Assembly (NCBI GenBank): GCA_951406725.2
Contig: OX597821.1
Coordinates: 46,810,001-46,874,000 of the forward strand
Origin: Octopus vulgaris
Taxonomy: Eukaryota
Reading direction: 5' to 3'
DNA: 64,000 nt
Shown here: one piece after another, positions 1-13,200 of the stretch
How the letters are laid out: every line of letters starts with the position of its first letter
Numbering within the stretch: the stretch's first letter is position 1
Notes under the pieces: model-generated
Seen by the model: only the letters and a program-made list of their open reading frames with translations
Database searches by the model: none
What the model was told of the DNA's origin: nothing
Position numbers and translations under genes: made by a program

Positions 1-637
1 AATAATAATAATGATAATAATCTGTGATCATCGGCAAAGAGGATTTATGAAACAACTAAAATATGAAAGAAAATTGGTTCCTAATGTAAATTAGATCAGG
101 ATACCGAAATATTTCTCTCATATATGAAATACAGGTGATGTCAGGCATGTTGTCGCAGAAAAACAAGCGTGTGATAATACACACAACGTGCGGTGATGCG
201 ACTTGCCTATACATGAACTGAAGCAATATGCGAGAATGCGATGTCACTACAGAAAAACACTGTAAGTACAAATAATCGTACATGCAATCTCATCTCTACA
301 CAAATACACATAAATGTAATGTTTATATAATTCACGCATGCACCCGTACACCTCGTACATAAACAAGACAACGTAGAGCACACAGTGTTTAAACAAATTA
401 AAAGAGGCACATGATAATAACAGTAAATATAAAATGTAACATGTCTCATTTTAAGTAGAGGAAAAACAGATAGGCTCAGAAATAAAACTTCGAAATCAAA
501 TAAAGGGTAATTTCTGGGCTTGAGGCGCTTAAGATACGAAAACAAAGATAGCATACAAGAGGCGATGACCGGCGGAAAAGTTACCTCTGAACTGGAAGGT
601 CTCTTCTACTAATGTCACTGTCCAAGCGGAGAACAAA

Positions 638-1051
638 ACTGATCGTGCAATCGAACACCGTCAGCCGGATATTGTCATATTGAGTAAGAGAGATAAATAC
701 TGGCAGATGATTGATGTAGCCATACCAAATGACATGAATGTTGTGAGTAAAAAGGTTGAAAAAATCACCAAGTACTCCGAATTGAAGGTGGAAATGGCAA
801 GAATAAGGAATGCGAAAGGGTTATATAAAAGTGATAGCAGTTGTGATCGGAGCGTTGGGCTCAATCTCATTGAAACTTCAAGACTTCTGAAAGTAACTGG
901 AAATCCCATGCAAGATTGATTTCTTGGAAAAAACATCCTTATTGGGCACAGAGCACATCTTAAGGTAAGTATTATCTGTTTGAGGTCCTCGTTGTGACTT
1001 GACAGATGACTAAAGACTCCGGTGCATTTTTACCTATATTGTGTTACGAAG

Positions 1052-1100
<49 letters not shown>
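638..1100 (+). mobile_element. R4/Dong-clade non-LTR retrotransposon 3' fragment (RLE endonuclease, 3' UTR, (AAT)n tail), defective
   Basis: From 638 it reads TDRAIEHRQPDIVILSKRDKYWQMIDVAIPNDMNVVSKKVEKITKYSELK, a PD-(D/E)xK RLE motif. After a frameshift it continues FLEKTSLLGTEHILR*VLSV*. The (AAT)n tail starts at ~1052. Same family as 61150-61580. Confidence 0.88.
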
Positions 1101-1105
<5 letters not shown>

Positions 1106-1110
1106 TGATA

Positions 1111-1196
<86 letters not shown>

Positions 1197-1226
1197 CATT
1201 ATTATTATCATTATTATTATTATTAT

Positions 1227-1679
1227 GAGTAGTGTATGCCATCAAAGTCACACTGGGGTAAAATATTATTATTATTATTATGAGCAGTGTATGCCATCAA
1301 AGTCACACTGGAGTAAAATATACGAAGCCTAGTATACCCATCATTACTACCCGTCTGATAAAGGTACACCAGGCACATGCATCACAACCATATGTGCGTG
1401 ACATGGTGATCTCATATCAAGATAAACAGCACATGACCTTGCAGGTGGGGCCCAGTTAGAATTTTGTTCAGGTCGAGTAACCCATCCCACTCAAAAGGTC
1501 CCTAAATAAGGGTTGTTTAAGGATGTTGAACGAAACACCAATGTTTCACGAGGTGAATTATTCAAACCCCAAAGAATCCCTCTCAACCCATGGCTATGAT
1601 GCTCCCCCATTACTTCTGCTGCTGATCAGAGATGCACATATCGTCAGCCACTAAGGGACATGCTCAACTGGTTAAGGTT
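1227..1679 (-). mobile_element. 5'-truncated copy of the ~556-bp (AAT)n-embedded non-coding element
   Basis: Aligns by eye with 39969-40375 and with the reverse complement of part of 48921-49452. It abuts the (ATT)n tract at ~1111-1226. Confidence 0.85.
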
Positions 1680-1699
1680 ACACTACCGATAAAGACAAA

Positions 1700-2342
1700 T
1701 ACAGAATGGGGTGAAACGGTATGGCACATCAATAACGAATGTCCGAAATTGGCACTACGCGAATATAAAAGACGCCATGACAACGTGGCAAGAATGATCC
1801 ATTGGTAGCTCTGTGGAAATCACAGCCTACAAAGAACAAACACGTGGTATGAAAAACACCAAAAGGCGTCATCAAAAATGAGAATTGCAAAATCTTGTGG
1901 GATGCAACGATCCAGTGCGATCTCCAGACCTGACATCGGAAACCTAATATCGTTGTGGTGTATAAAAAAGAAAGAGCATGTATGATAATCGACGTAGCAT
2001 GCTCCGGTGACAACAGGATCAATGTGAAAGAAGAAGTAAGATAAACAACTATGACGATTTGAAGTGTGAAATTCGAAGGTCGTGGTCAATGAGAAGAGTA
2101 GACGTGACACCAATAGTAATTAGTGCACTTGGAAGTATCAACACTCTACTACCAGCATGGCTGAAAAAGATCGGTGCAAGTGTGAAGGTAGAACTCCTAC
2201 AAAAATCAATATTGCTTGGAACTATAAGAATTCTTAGCAAGGTTCTTGAGGCATGACCAGAAAACAAGTGTCACCTTAGTCTGCAGGCTCTGGACAGCTG
2301 ACACTTTCCATCATACCCATCAAAATAAGTTGTGAGTTTTCA

Positions 2343-2410
<68 letters not shown>

Positions 2411-2428
2411 TAATAATAATAATGATAA
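1700..2428 (+). mobile_element. R4/Dong-clade non-LTR retrotransposon 3' fragment (end of CCHC knuckle, RLE, 3' UTR, (AAT)n tail), defective
   Basis: Across frameshifts and stops it reads ETVWHINNECPKLALREYKRRHDNVARMIHW...KILWDATIQCD..HRKPNIVV...IIDVAC...LQKSILLGTIRILSKVLEA*, with the stop at 2254-2256. (AAT)n tail at ~2343-2428. Confidence 0.9.
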
Positions 2429-2754
2429 ATGAGTCTTAGGTCAACTTGATCGGTGAGGTTTGGTTATTCGATGATAATCAGTGATGTTGTAAGGCAGGCG
2501 GCTGCATGCCAATATTTAACTACGATCCTCTCATGCCACATTGAACTTCCAATTGCTCGCGCGACTGATTAACTGAATTGATCGATTCGAGAGCGATAGG
2601 ATTTAAGATTTGGACGAAGTTTATAATCTATCAAGGGATTATCCTTTACAAAGTGTTCCGCCTATTGATGACAGGATTATCAAGAAAAGTAAGCGAAAGT
2701 GAAAATAAACAGCGGGTGGGTGGGTGGGTGGGTGATAATACAAAAGATTTCGTT

Positions 2755-2796
<42 letters not shown>

Positions 2797-3573
2797 ACAT
2801 ACACACACACACACACACATTTCTTTAATCTCTTTCTTCATCTAATGTATCTCTCTGCGCCTTCTAACTTCTTCACATCTCTTCTTTTGCTCGATCTTTC
2901 ACACCACGTGACCGAAACACGTTAAAACACTAGCTTGTTACACATCATTTTACACAACATCACTTGTTTACAATAGTCCGTATTATTATATTTCCCCGAC
3001 TGCCTCTCTCTCTTACTTTCTCCCACCTTAACTATCCCTTCTTTCACTCCCTTCATTTCCTATTCCTTTCCTTATTATCCCTCTTGCTATCTCTTCCAGT
3101 CTCTATCATCGTTATTGTTTCTCCTCAAATCGCTTCTCTCCTCGCTATTTCCTTGTGATTAGCAATAATCGATAGTTCACCGAGAAACACGGCAGACAGA
3201 TCGCTATAAAATGTTTGGCGCGGAAAACGGCATATACACTCTTATTTCGGTCAACCAATTCTGTTTTATTGAGGAGAGACAATTGGAACAACAACAACAA
3301 CAGAGTGAGGGAAGTACCGGAATCCAGAAAAAAAAAAAAGAGATCAAAGATGATATACAGGTAGAAAGATGGAAGATGTTAGGAAGGGGAACTGCAAAAC
3401 ATGGAAGGGATTTGGATGAGTAGACAAACAGGCGAACAGATAGACAAGCTGGTTCGATTGATAGATTGATAAATCAATAATTATAAAGAGAGAAGGAGAG
3501 AGAGAGAGATATTGTCGGAAATTCACTCTCATACACACATACACATATAAGCATATTTATTGAAATCGAAGGA

Positions 3574-3612
<39 letters not shown>

Positions 3613-4749
3613 GCACACACACACACACTCACATATACACACACACAGAATGCCGGAGAGACACACAAGGAGAAAAGAGGAGAAGGGGGAGGGAGGGAGG
3701 GAAGGAGGGACAGCAAGAGTGGTTCACTGTAACTACTGCTGTTGAAACTATCTATTTCTACTTTGTGTCGATACTCTATGATTACTTCCAGCTGACCGAC
3801 TTCACTAATGTCAGACACTACTAATACAACTCCACAAGCACTCGTCACTCAGTTTGTTAACCAAGAAAGAACTTTAAAGTGTCGGCCAAGCTTATCTCAG
3901 CGGATCAGGTCAGATTAATCAGGCAATCAGTGATTGGAATATCTTCGACAGAATTCAACCACTCAGAAAGTCTCTTTTTTCTTGTGTTGTTTTACATTTC
4001 TTCGATTTTGAGAAACATTTTAATTATCTTGTGGAAGCCTTGAGTTGTTGTTGTTTAACACTGAGTCAGACCTTATGGAGGAGACCTTGTTTCTTTTTAT
4101 CATTTTTAGGTTTCAATCTGGGGCACTGTCTTCAAGGCTAGGATCAATCTAAACAACCTCACTATAACTAAATTCATTGATTTCTATTTGATGAATATAG
4201 CAAAAAAAAAAAAGATGTTTCAGACGTAGTCATCATGCCCTTTCCTATATCATCAACTTCATTATCAAGCTTATCCCTCAATATTCAAGAAGCCAGATGT
4301 GATTTATAGGTGATTTTGTTATTGTTTCTAGCAGGTTGACTAACCACTTCGAGAAAAATGTTTGAGTTGTTTTAGGCTAGATATTTAATTTGGCCTAAAG
4401 ACTGTTGATTAAAAATTTAGTATATTTGGCCATTGATTTGGTGTGGTGCCACGGATCCTGCAGAGCCAGAAGTTATTTTAGTGTAATTGAAATTTTCAGA
4501 AACACAATCTTAGCCGTAATCGAGCAGAACTAGAGTGTATCCGCTTTCAATGATAGCTACAGCCCATCTAGTATTTGAGTGCCAGTGGCTGAGTACTCAA
4601 CAGACTGTAGTATATTGAGAATAGTCCTCGGCCGGATTTGAATAGCAGATAGTGTTAATCCCACAGGCTTATACATAGTTCCTTTCTTCACAGTTTTATT
4701 GGGCTGACAAGACGTTATGGTGGCAGATATCACCTCAGTAATGTGCCAG

Positions 4750-5700
4750 GTGCTTTCCAGAAGGTTTGAGACTTTTTGAAGAGACTTTCAAAGAAATCCA
4801 AAATTAATCTCCTTCAAGGTAGAATTCTCTGAGTTCAATGCACTTGTAGCACCCCAGCCACTTTCCATGGAAGGCTTCCAAAGTGAAGTTGCCTAGACAC
4901 TCGTCACAGTCTCATTCCTCTTCTGAATGTCTTCAAAATGACTGCCCCTGAGCTTCTACTTTATCTTGGGGAATAACAAAAAGTTACAGGAAGCAATGTA
5001 TCGACAGTTGGGAGGTAGTTGGTTACCAAGATGGAATTAGAGACTGGTGTGTTGATCTGATGCCGGTACTACCGGCCTGAGTGGAAGAACTCGGGTCTTT
5101 TGCGATGAAATATCTTCCCGAACTCCCTCAAAACTTTCACAAAGTACTCTTTGTTGACTGTCAGGTGTGAGGGAAACTAGTGGATATAGATGACGCCTTC
5201 GCTATCGAAAAATAGGATCATCAAGGGCTTTCCGGCCGATTTGCTTTGATTGGCATTCTTGGATCTGGAGGAACCAGAATGTTTCTATTGGGCACGTTAT
5301 CTCTTGGTCATTGGATGATAACAGTAGATCCAGCTTTAGTCACAGATTACCAGAGACTCAAGTGTACTCTTGAATTGGAGGTAATGAATTCAACTCTCGC
5401 CTTACTATCATCGTCTTTGAGCATCCTGGGAACAAAATTTGCACAAATTTTGCGTGTGTTCAGATCATCGTGAATAATTCTGTGTACAGTTGCAATATTG
5501 ACTGTAAACTTCATACTTATTTCCTCAACCAGCTCTGATGCTTTGACGTCCCTCTCTCTCCCACAAACCTCATCGTCTCTCGCCCCTTCTGTTCATAATC
5601 TGGTGCCAGCGAAAAACAGATACTCGTCTCATGTAAGTTAATCTATAAGAGGCTGGAGTATATCATAAGCTTCTCTAGCGTTTTGCGCCCAATTTAACAC
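4750..5700 (-). mobile_element. Decayed mariner transposon
   Basis: The minus strand gives NFVPRML (WVPHEL-type motif), LVICD*SWIYCYHPMTKR (TGDESW-type), GKPLMILFFDSEG and TVNKEYFVKVLREF, with many stops. Ends approximate. Confidence 0.82.
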
Positions 5701-5852
5701 GCGCACACAAACACACACACATATGGCAAATGAAGATGGAAGATGGAATATACGAAAATTTATTATTAATCACGGCATATACATAACGATCACTGTGAAA
5801 GTGACTGTGCTTTACCAGTAAGCTACCTGATGTAAACCATTCGTTTTATTAT

Positions 5853-5916
<64 letters not shown>

Positions 5917-5924
5917 ACATGTAC

Positions 5925-6215
5925 ACTGCAACATAATTTCTTTTCCTCAACAGACCCTGCCCTATTTAACATTGTCCCTAAAGAGATCAAAGAGGAAAAG
6001 GATCCCATCAACTTTAAACGGAGTCTAGATAGATTCCTTCAAGGAATACCAGATAAGTCACCCATAATTGGATACAACTCACCCAACAAAAACTCACTAC
6101 TTGAATGGATCATAAACAAAACTTGACTTAAACAGGATTCAAATAATCCTATCAGGTGGTGCTATTAAGTTAGGCATGGCCTGGACCAATCATTGGTCGA
6201 AACATATCTAAGTTT
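5925..6215 (+). mobile_element. CR1/L2-group LINE 3' end
   Basis: HNFFSSTDPALFNIVPKEIKEEKDPINFKRSLDRFLQGIPD...NSLLEW* matches the typical C-terminus of CR1/L2-group ORF2. The 3' UTR carries a hairpin, GACCAAT-C-ATTGGTC (6184-6198). Confidence 0.72.
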
Positions 6216-7948
6216 TATATATATACTAAAAGTAGATTGCGTTCTTCTGTATTGTATTCGCCAAGAGCTACTATTTTTATCTTCTGTATTGAACCCGGTA
6301 TAATTTTGTTTGACTTAGAGTAGCATGTGTCTTGTGTGCACGATGTTTTATGCCTATTTCTTTATATTGCCTATATTTCCATGTCCCTGCTATAAAAATG
6401 CTATATTTTAATTTTTGTTAGCTGCTGTTTTGTATAATGTTATAACCAATAAATGTTAAGTATAATCGGTTGAGCGTTCACCAAACCAAAATCCAGGGAT
6501 GAATGCGAAAGTTTGATTTTTGGAATAATGAATAGCATAAAAGATGAGTGAGCAGAAAATCTATACTATGATTATAACTGTGCTAGTCGTAACCATCCTG
6601 TCATATTTCAAGGTGCTGTGCATGTTGTAAGGTCTAAGTTATTTTTAGTATGTTGTCCAACTCCATGGAAACTTCGTATTGGCTCGGTTGCAGGTTTTAG
6701 ACGAAGACGGTGCACCTGAGTGAAATAAGAATTACCTGTACATGAACGTCAGGAACCAAATTATATGAAATTCATAAAAAAAAAGGCAATCGATATCACT
6801 TCAGCTTCGCATAAATTCCACATGTCTCACTCAGTGTTGTGAATTTGGTTTGAAGTTGCAGTGAACTGCAACATCAGTTTAACTTGTACGCTTTCACCGT
6901 ATTCATAAATTCTGCATATCTAAATTCTCTTAAGTTTTACAGGGAAGGCTACAAGCAGAACTATACCGCCATTTTCAGGAGGCTTCTTTTTCTTTTATCC
7001 AATTATAGGATTGAAATTTGATTCGTTAAATAAGAAATATGAGAGAAGGAGGTAGAAGAATGTCCAATGGGTAAGTTTTATGAAGCATAAAGTGTGACTG
7101 TTCGTTATTTTCATTAGACGAGGTCATATAAAATCATTGAATTACAGTTGTTCATGCATAAAGTATTAGTATTTGGTAAGAACATAAGGTCAATAACCTC
7201 GATGTATTTAGTAGACTAGCATAAGTGGAATAAGCCGAGTGGGCTGAAACGACAAAAGACTGAGTAGCATACTTTAACAGGTGGCAGGTTCTCAGTGGAT
7301 TTAATAGGTTTCGTTGTTTTTAGTCGAGCAAAGTTTTGAGACACATAGATTGAAAACTGTAGATACTTTGGTGGATTTATAAATATCTTTTATTTATAGA
7401 AATAAAAAAAGAATTAACACTTAACACACAAAATATCGAAAAATATTAATGAAGAAAATAAAATGAAATTGTTGTTAATATTCTACAACTTAGGATACAA
7501 AAAAAGATAATAATAATAAAACAAAACAGGAAGGCTCGTACTTTTGTTGGTTATGAATGTGTGTTACTGGGTAAGTTTAAAGAAGAAATAAAGTAAAAAG
7601 AAAACATGTGTAACTCATGCTTTCACGTAAGATTATCCGTCATTTCACATAGAAAAAGAGATTGAGGAAGAAAGAAATAAAAATAACTGGATTATAAAAT
7701 AGTCAAGTATTATACAACATAATAAAAAAAAAAGATAAATTTTAAGAATGGAAGAACATGTGTTCAAAGAAAAAAAAAAATCAATTACTCTTCTGCCCGC
7801 GGCACTGTTCATGGTAGTCATTGCAGGAGCAAATATGTAGAAACGCTGTCTTTTATAGGCAAAGCAGGCGTTCAATTGTAATGCCATCTTTGATTTGAAG
7901 GCTGACGATTATTATTTGTAGAGAGGGTAAAGAATTATGCGAAATAAT

Positions 7949-8006
<58 letters not shown>

Positions 8007-8308
8007 TTACAAAAGTATGTCGAGTGCATGTAGGAAATGTCAGCATAAAAATTTATATATTTATACACGCACACACACATATCTATAATTTTATGTAATT
8101 ATATTTGTGCGTGTGTGAGTGTGTGCGTGTGTTTATTTACATATATACCTATGTGTATGTGTTTATTTTTTTGGATATATATAGATTTATGTATCTATGT
8201 GTATCTAAATATATGTAAATGTATATATAAATATATATATAAATACGTGTGTGTGTGTGTCATGTCTAATTGTGTTCACCTACATCTCTACCAACCTACC
8301 TACACACA

Positions 8309-8349
<41 letters not shown>

Positions 8350-9339
8350 ATATATATACATATGTATGTATTATTATTATTGTTGGTGTTGTTGTTGTTG
8401 TTGTTATTCCAAACAAGTGGAGGGATGGAAGAAACGAAATCGAAAATTCGAAAATGCGCAGAGAATATATCAGAATTAATTAGAATTTAATATTTCAAAA
8501 TACAGAAATATACTTGACCGGTTTCATGTTTGATTTTCAAAAGTGTATATTATATAAAACTGTATCACGAATGAATTATGTTTATTCTGGCCGTTGTTAC
8601 AAAACTTCTGAGTTTACACACACACACATTATACATATGTGTATATGTGTATGTAATACATGTACTGAGATAATATACTAGATCATTTAAAACATTAAGA
8701 GCTCAAGAAGAGAAAGGATGTTTCTCGGTCCGATAAGAAGACTTAAATAGCATAATTACTGCTCATTGATGAGCAGATTGAAAGGAGGGAAGATTTAATC
8801 AGATTAATTTGGTTAGATTATGACAACAAATGCACAGCAGTTAGGGTTTTGAAAGAACTGATTATCCATAAACTATTGAACAACTCTTAGTAGTGTGGTC
8901 AATAACCAGAGATGGCCCACTTCTTATTGCATGTCTGAAAATAATATAACATAGGGACAGCACATAATACTGATGGCTTCCGTTGCTAAGAAATTACATT
9001 GGAAATTTAACAGTAAGAACAGCATTACGTAGTACTACTTCTAGACAAAGAACTGTCCGCTAAGTAGTCGCTCAGCTTGCTAGAAAAACAGCCAAAGCTA
9101 CTTCAAAGTATACATTTCCATATGAAAAGCTAAAAAAGAAAGAACATGCCTCATTGAGTTGGGAGCAAATACATGATAACTACTACTGCTGATGCTGCTG
9201 CTACTGCTGCCACCCACTACTACTACATTTCCGTTCACATATTAGGGACACTGAAAGGTCAGGTGCTGACGTACGATATAAGAAACTATACATCGTCTAT
9301 TATGAAAATCAGATTTGATACTAGTTTCAGATTTTAAAT

Positions 9340-9544
9340 TTCTGCACGAAGCCAAGAATTTCGTGGAAGGGGCTAAGTGTCAATTACATTGACCCCAGTC
9401 AACAAGAAGTACTTATTTCATCAACACCGAAATAATGAAAGACTAAGTCGACCTCAGCAGAATTTGTACGCAAAGCGTGAAAACAGCTGAAATGTCACAT
9501 AGCATTTAGTCCGTCGTGCTACCGATTCTGGCTGCTTTCCGCCT
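9340..9544 (-). mobile_element. SINE family B, diverged copy
   Basis: Contains the diverged core gtcgacctcagcagaatttg / aatgaaagactaagtcgac, shared with 54223-54615. Confidence 0.7.
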
Positions 9545-10227
9545 TAAGATCAAATTTGATAATAATATCCTTGAAGTAGGCTATTTTTCTAAACCTCAGG
9601 TTTTGGTTTATTTCCTTCACAGCTCTAGAATACCGTCAGGTACGATCACATCTCTTACCACTTCTTATATTGTGCGTAATCAAAATTGTGTGTGGATGCG
9701 TGCGCGCGAACACACACACACAGAGTTTATATGTTGTCACACTGGTTGTAAGGAGTAACAATCTGTCCTGGCGAAAGAACAAGAGAACTTTTTAGTTATC
9801 AATCGATCAATTAGAAAATAGTATTTAAAAACTGTATTCACTTCTTCCTACTATAAAAGAGAGAACTTAGGATAATATTCTCCATGCTATTCAGAAGACA
9901 CCGGATGGTTACAGCTTTACTACAAATCATAAATCTGTTTGATCACGTATTTATCATAGGTACAAAACGGTCCCAGTGATGGAGCGGTACATACTGATGG
10001 ACTCTGGACGGATGAAAGGCAATGCTAACTTTTGCAAGATATGAACTACGAATTTTAAAGATTGCAACATCACATATTTTGGTCGGATATCTACTACTGA
10101 GTTTTATACTTTACTGAGTTTATGTCTTAGGTATTATTCAAATGCTATTGGAATGGAATGCATTGACAGAACATTAAGGCAGTAGACTAAATTCCTTCGG
10201 GCATTTCCCTTTGACCATTTACGTTCT

Positions 10228-10414
10228 TAATACCTATTTCTTTACTACCCACAAGGGGCTAAACACAGAGAGGACAAACAAGGACAGACAAACGGATTAA
10301 GTCGATTATATCGACTCCAGTGCGTAACTGGTACATAATTCATCGACCCCGAAAGGATAAAATGCAAAGTCGACCTCGGCGGAATTTGAACCCAGAACGT
10401 AACGGCCCTAATAC
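10228..10414 (-). mobile_element. SINE family B monomer plus linker
   Basis: Near-identical to 54381-54570 (tacccacaaggggctaaacacagagaggacaaac...gtcgacctcggcggaatttgaac). Confidence 0.85.
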
Positions 10415-10973
10415 CATCGCAACAAGGACAACCTCCTCTTTAATTTTTCATCGGTTGACAAAATAGAGTATTAGCTAAATTTTGAGCTCTATTTATTTAA
10501 CCATTTTTATTTAACTATACTCCGCTCAAATGTTTGAAGTTGTGCCTAGAGGAACTAAATTGAAAATATTACAACATACGTAATACAACAGAGTCATTTT
10601 TTTTTAAAAAACAGTTCGGCAAGAATTCTTTTGAAGGTAGAATAACAAACTTAGTTTGTTAGGAACCACAGAAAGAGTGTTTAATCCGAGTGTATAAATA
10701 GATTGTGTAATTTATGATAATTGTTAATATATCGACTATGGACTCAAATCATTGTCTACATAGACGTATATGTATGCATTTGCATGTACACACACACACA
10801 CACATACACACACACACACAAACACGCACACATACAATCGCATATCAATCACAATTCCATGCTAACAAAAGTGTACTGTACTCACATTCACGCATACACG
10901 TACGTACTCACATACATACAATCACACACACACACACACATATATATATACATAGACACACACGCGCGCGCAG

Positions 10974-11019
<46 letters not shown>

Positions 11020-11507
11020 GAATGTATGAACACACAAACATGTGCAGAAATTGGATTGGAATTTCTCTTGGGTATTGTTAAATTTACGTCTAATAATTTC
11101 CTAATCGATATAATTCCCAGAAGAAATATTGATTACTGTTGCCTAATCACAACGCTATCATTCGTAACCGTGGAGGTGGTGGTGGTGGGGGTGATATTCT
11201 AGTCGATTATTATAGATAAGTATTTTATTGATACCAAAGGGATGAACAGCAAAGTTCAAGGCCTCCCTTGAGTGTGCACTTTGCAGAGATACTCTTCATT
11301 AAAAAAAACGACGTATTCATTGAAGTCGTTACCATCCTTACAGTTTATAGGATTCCCTTGCACCATATTGTTATGTTGCCAGTCAACAAGCGACAAAATT
11401 AGGTACCACCTCTGAAACTGAAACCGTCTCAAAAAATAATCACATATTGGTTTATACTCAATATTCGATGAAAAGACGTATTTGTCAGCAACTTAGCAGA
11501 GGGATAT

Positions 11508-11701
11508 AGTGCATCAGAGGTATAGAGGCCAAGGAAAGACTCTAAATTACTACGTCTCAAAATGGATTCCAGAAAATTGTAAATGGGTGCTGTTAGGAGG
11601 GGTGATGGATGCATTAGTGCAGTTTTTGTCTCGATGACAAACTGCTTGTTATCATCATTACAACAACATCGACAATAATAATACACTTCAAAATGTGAAT
11701 T
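11508..11701 (+). repeat. Left copy of a 194-bp direct repeat flanking a family A SINE
   Basis: Matches 12111-12304 with 8 substitutions counted by eye and no indels. Confidence 0.92.
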
Positions 11702-12110
11702 GTGGCTGTGTGGTAAGCAGCTTGCTAACCAACCATATGGTTCTGGGTTCAGTCCCACTGCGTGGCATCTAGGGCAAGTGTCTTCTGATATAGCCCCGGG
11801 CCGACCAATGCCTTGTGAGTGGATTTGGTAGACGGAAACTGAAAGAAGCCTGTCGTATATATGTATATATATATATATATGTATACGTGTGTGTGTTTGT
11901 TTGTCTGTGTTTGTCCCCCTAGCATTGCTTGACAACCGATGCTGGTGTGTTTATGTCCCCGTTACTTAGCGGTTCGGCAAAAGAGACCGATAGAATAAGT
12001 ACTGGGCTTACAAAAGAATAAGACCCGGGGTCGATTTGCTCAACTAAAGGCGGTGGTCCAGCATGGCCACAGTCAAATGACTGAAACAAGTAAAGGAGTA
12101 AAAGAGAGAG
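11702..12110 (+). mobile_element. tRNA-derived SINE family A, near full length
   Basis: A-box-like TGGCTGTGTGG and B-box-like GGTTCAGTCC, a gggcaagtgtcttct core, an internal (TA)n/(TG)n tract and the 3' end gtcaaatgactgaaacaagtaaa. Six copies in the window. Confidence 0.88.
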
Positions 12111-12304
12111 AGTGCATCAGAGGTATAGAGGCCAAGGAAAGACTCTAAATTACTGCGTCTCAAAATGGATTCCAGAAAATTTTATATGGGTGCTGTTAGG
12201 AGGGGTAATGGATGCATTAGTGCAGTTTTTGTCTCGATGATAAACTGCTTGTTATCTTCATCACAACCACATCGACAATAATAATACACTTCAAAATGTG
12301 AATT
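12111..12304 (+). repeat. Right copy of the 194-bp direct repeat
   Basis: Matches 11508-11701. Confidence 0.92.
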
Positions 12305-12499
12305 AGTAAACAAACAAAAGTGAATATATACAACCTAGGTTTACAGCATTCACTAATAGAAGGGAGGATTAACTCAGGACTAGATTACATACATTAAATT
12401 AAGAGAGTATGTTGGTAGGTATGAAGAGGTGCCGAAAATGTTAGTAAAATAAAAGGAGTGATATTTAGAAAAAAATCCCCAAAAAAGCATCGCTCTACG

Positions 12500-12630
12500 C
12501 TGTCACACGACTTGTAAGAAATAACAGCTAAATATCTCTTTAGAACATACTACAGTTGCAAGAATGCCCAATGTACAACCGGATGGTCTCAGCTCGAAAA
12601 TCTTTGATCGAAAGTTTACTGAAACAAGCT
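12500..12630 (+). repeat. Old dispersed repeat (core like ctagaaataacagccaaatctc...ggatggtc..gct...tctttgatc)
   Basis: Similar degenerate strings occur at ~9070-9140, ~13255-13320, ~51040-51170 and, reversed, ~4295-4345. Recognised by eye only. Confidence 0.45.
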
Positions 12631-13014
12631 ATTTGTTGGCTATACGAAAAAAAAAAATTATTTTCAAGCCGAGGAATGAGCATCTGTTAAACACTTGAGA
12701 AATATATAATGTATATGTGCGCGCGTGCGTGTGGAATTGTGTGTGCGTGGAATTGTATGTGTGTGTAAAATGCATATAATAAACCTATATATATATATAT
12801 ATATATATATGACCTTAGGGCTGAAACAAATGAAAAAATAATATATATATGCAAATAGTACTTGCACACGTATATTCAGAAATACATCAGTATACAAGGC
12901 ACCAGTTGCACACTGAATTTATATAAGTAGACCTTGATTTCTTTGGAACACTAACTCATCATTGCGATCGTTAAATGTACATGGTTTACTAAGCATTATG
13001 TAATAGTCATCATC

Positions 13015-13200
13015 GACGGCGCATGGCCGACTGGACCGGGTGGTGAGTTGTGTTCCTGAGCAAAGCACTTCATTTCACGTCGCTCCGCGATCACTTCGAC
13101 ACCTGATGTTTTGGTACACCGAGCACCTCTTCAGGCAACGTCGGTTTGATCATTATAAACAAATAATTTGTGCAGGCTGTTCAGCAAGAAATTGCAGAAC
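13015..13200 (+). mobile_element. Internally deleted tRNA-SINE remnant
   Basis: A ggcgcatggcc head followed by ttgtgttcctgagcaaagcacttcatttcacgtcgctcc, resembling 32988-33150. Confidence 0.5.

Noticed and set aside
1006-1332. Poly-I/N/Y ORFs and the many HT, CV, YI and LSIY-repeat ORFs in the track
   Set aside because: They are translations of (AAT)n, (CA)n, (TA)n and (CTAT)n microsatellites.
6170-6210. Hairpin GACCAAT/ATTGGTC followed by GAAAC, resembling half a hammerhead
   Set aside because: There is no CUGANGA upstream and no helix I. It is better explained as a LINE 3' stem-loop.
6942-7070. Exon-like segment between ttttacag and gtaagt
   Set aside because: All three frames contain stops, and such splice-like motifs arise often by chance in AT-rich DNA.
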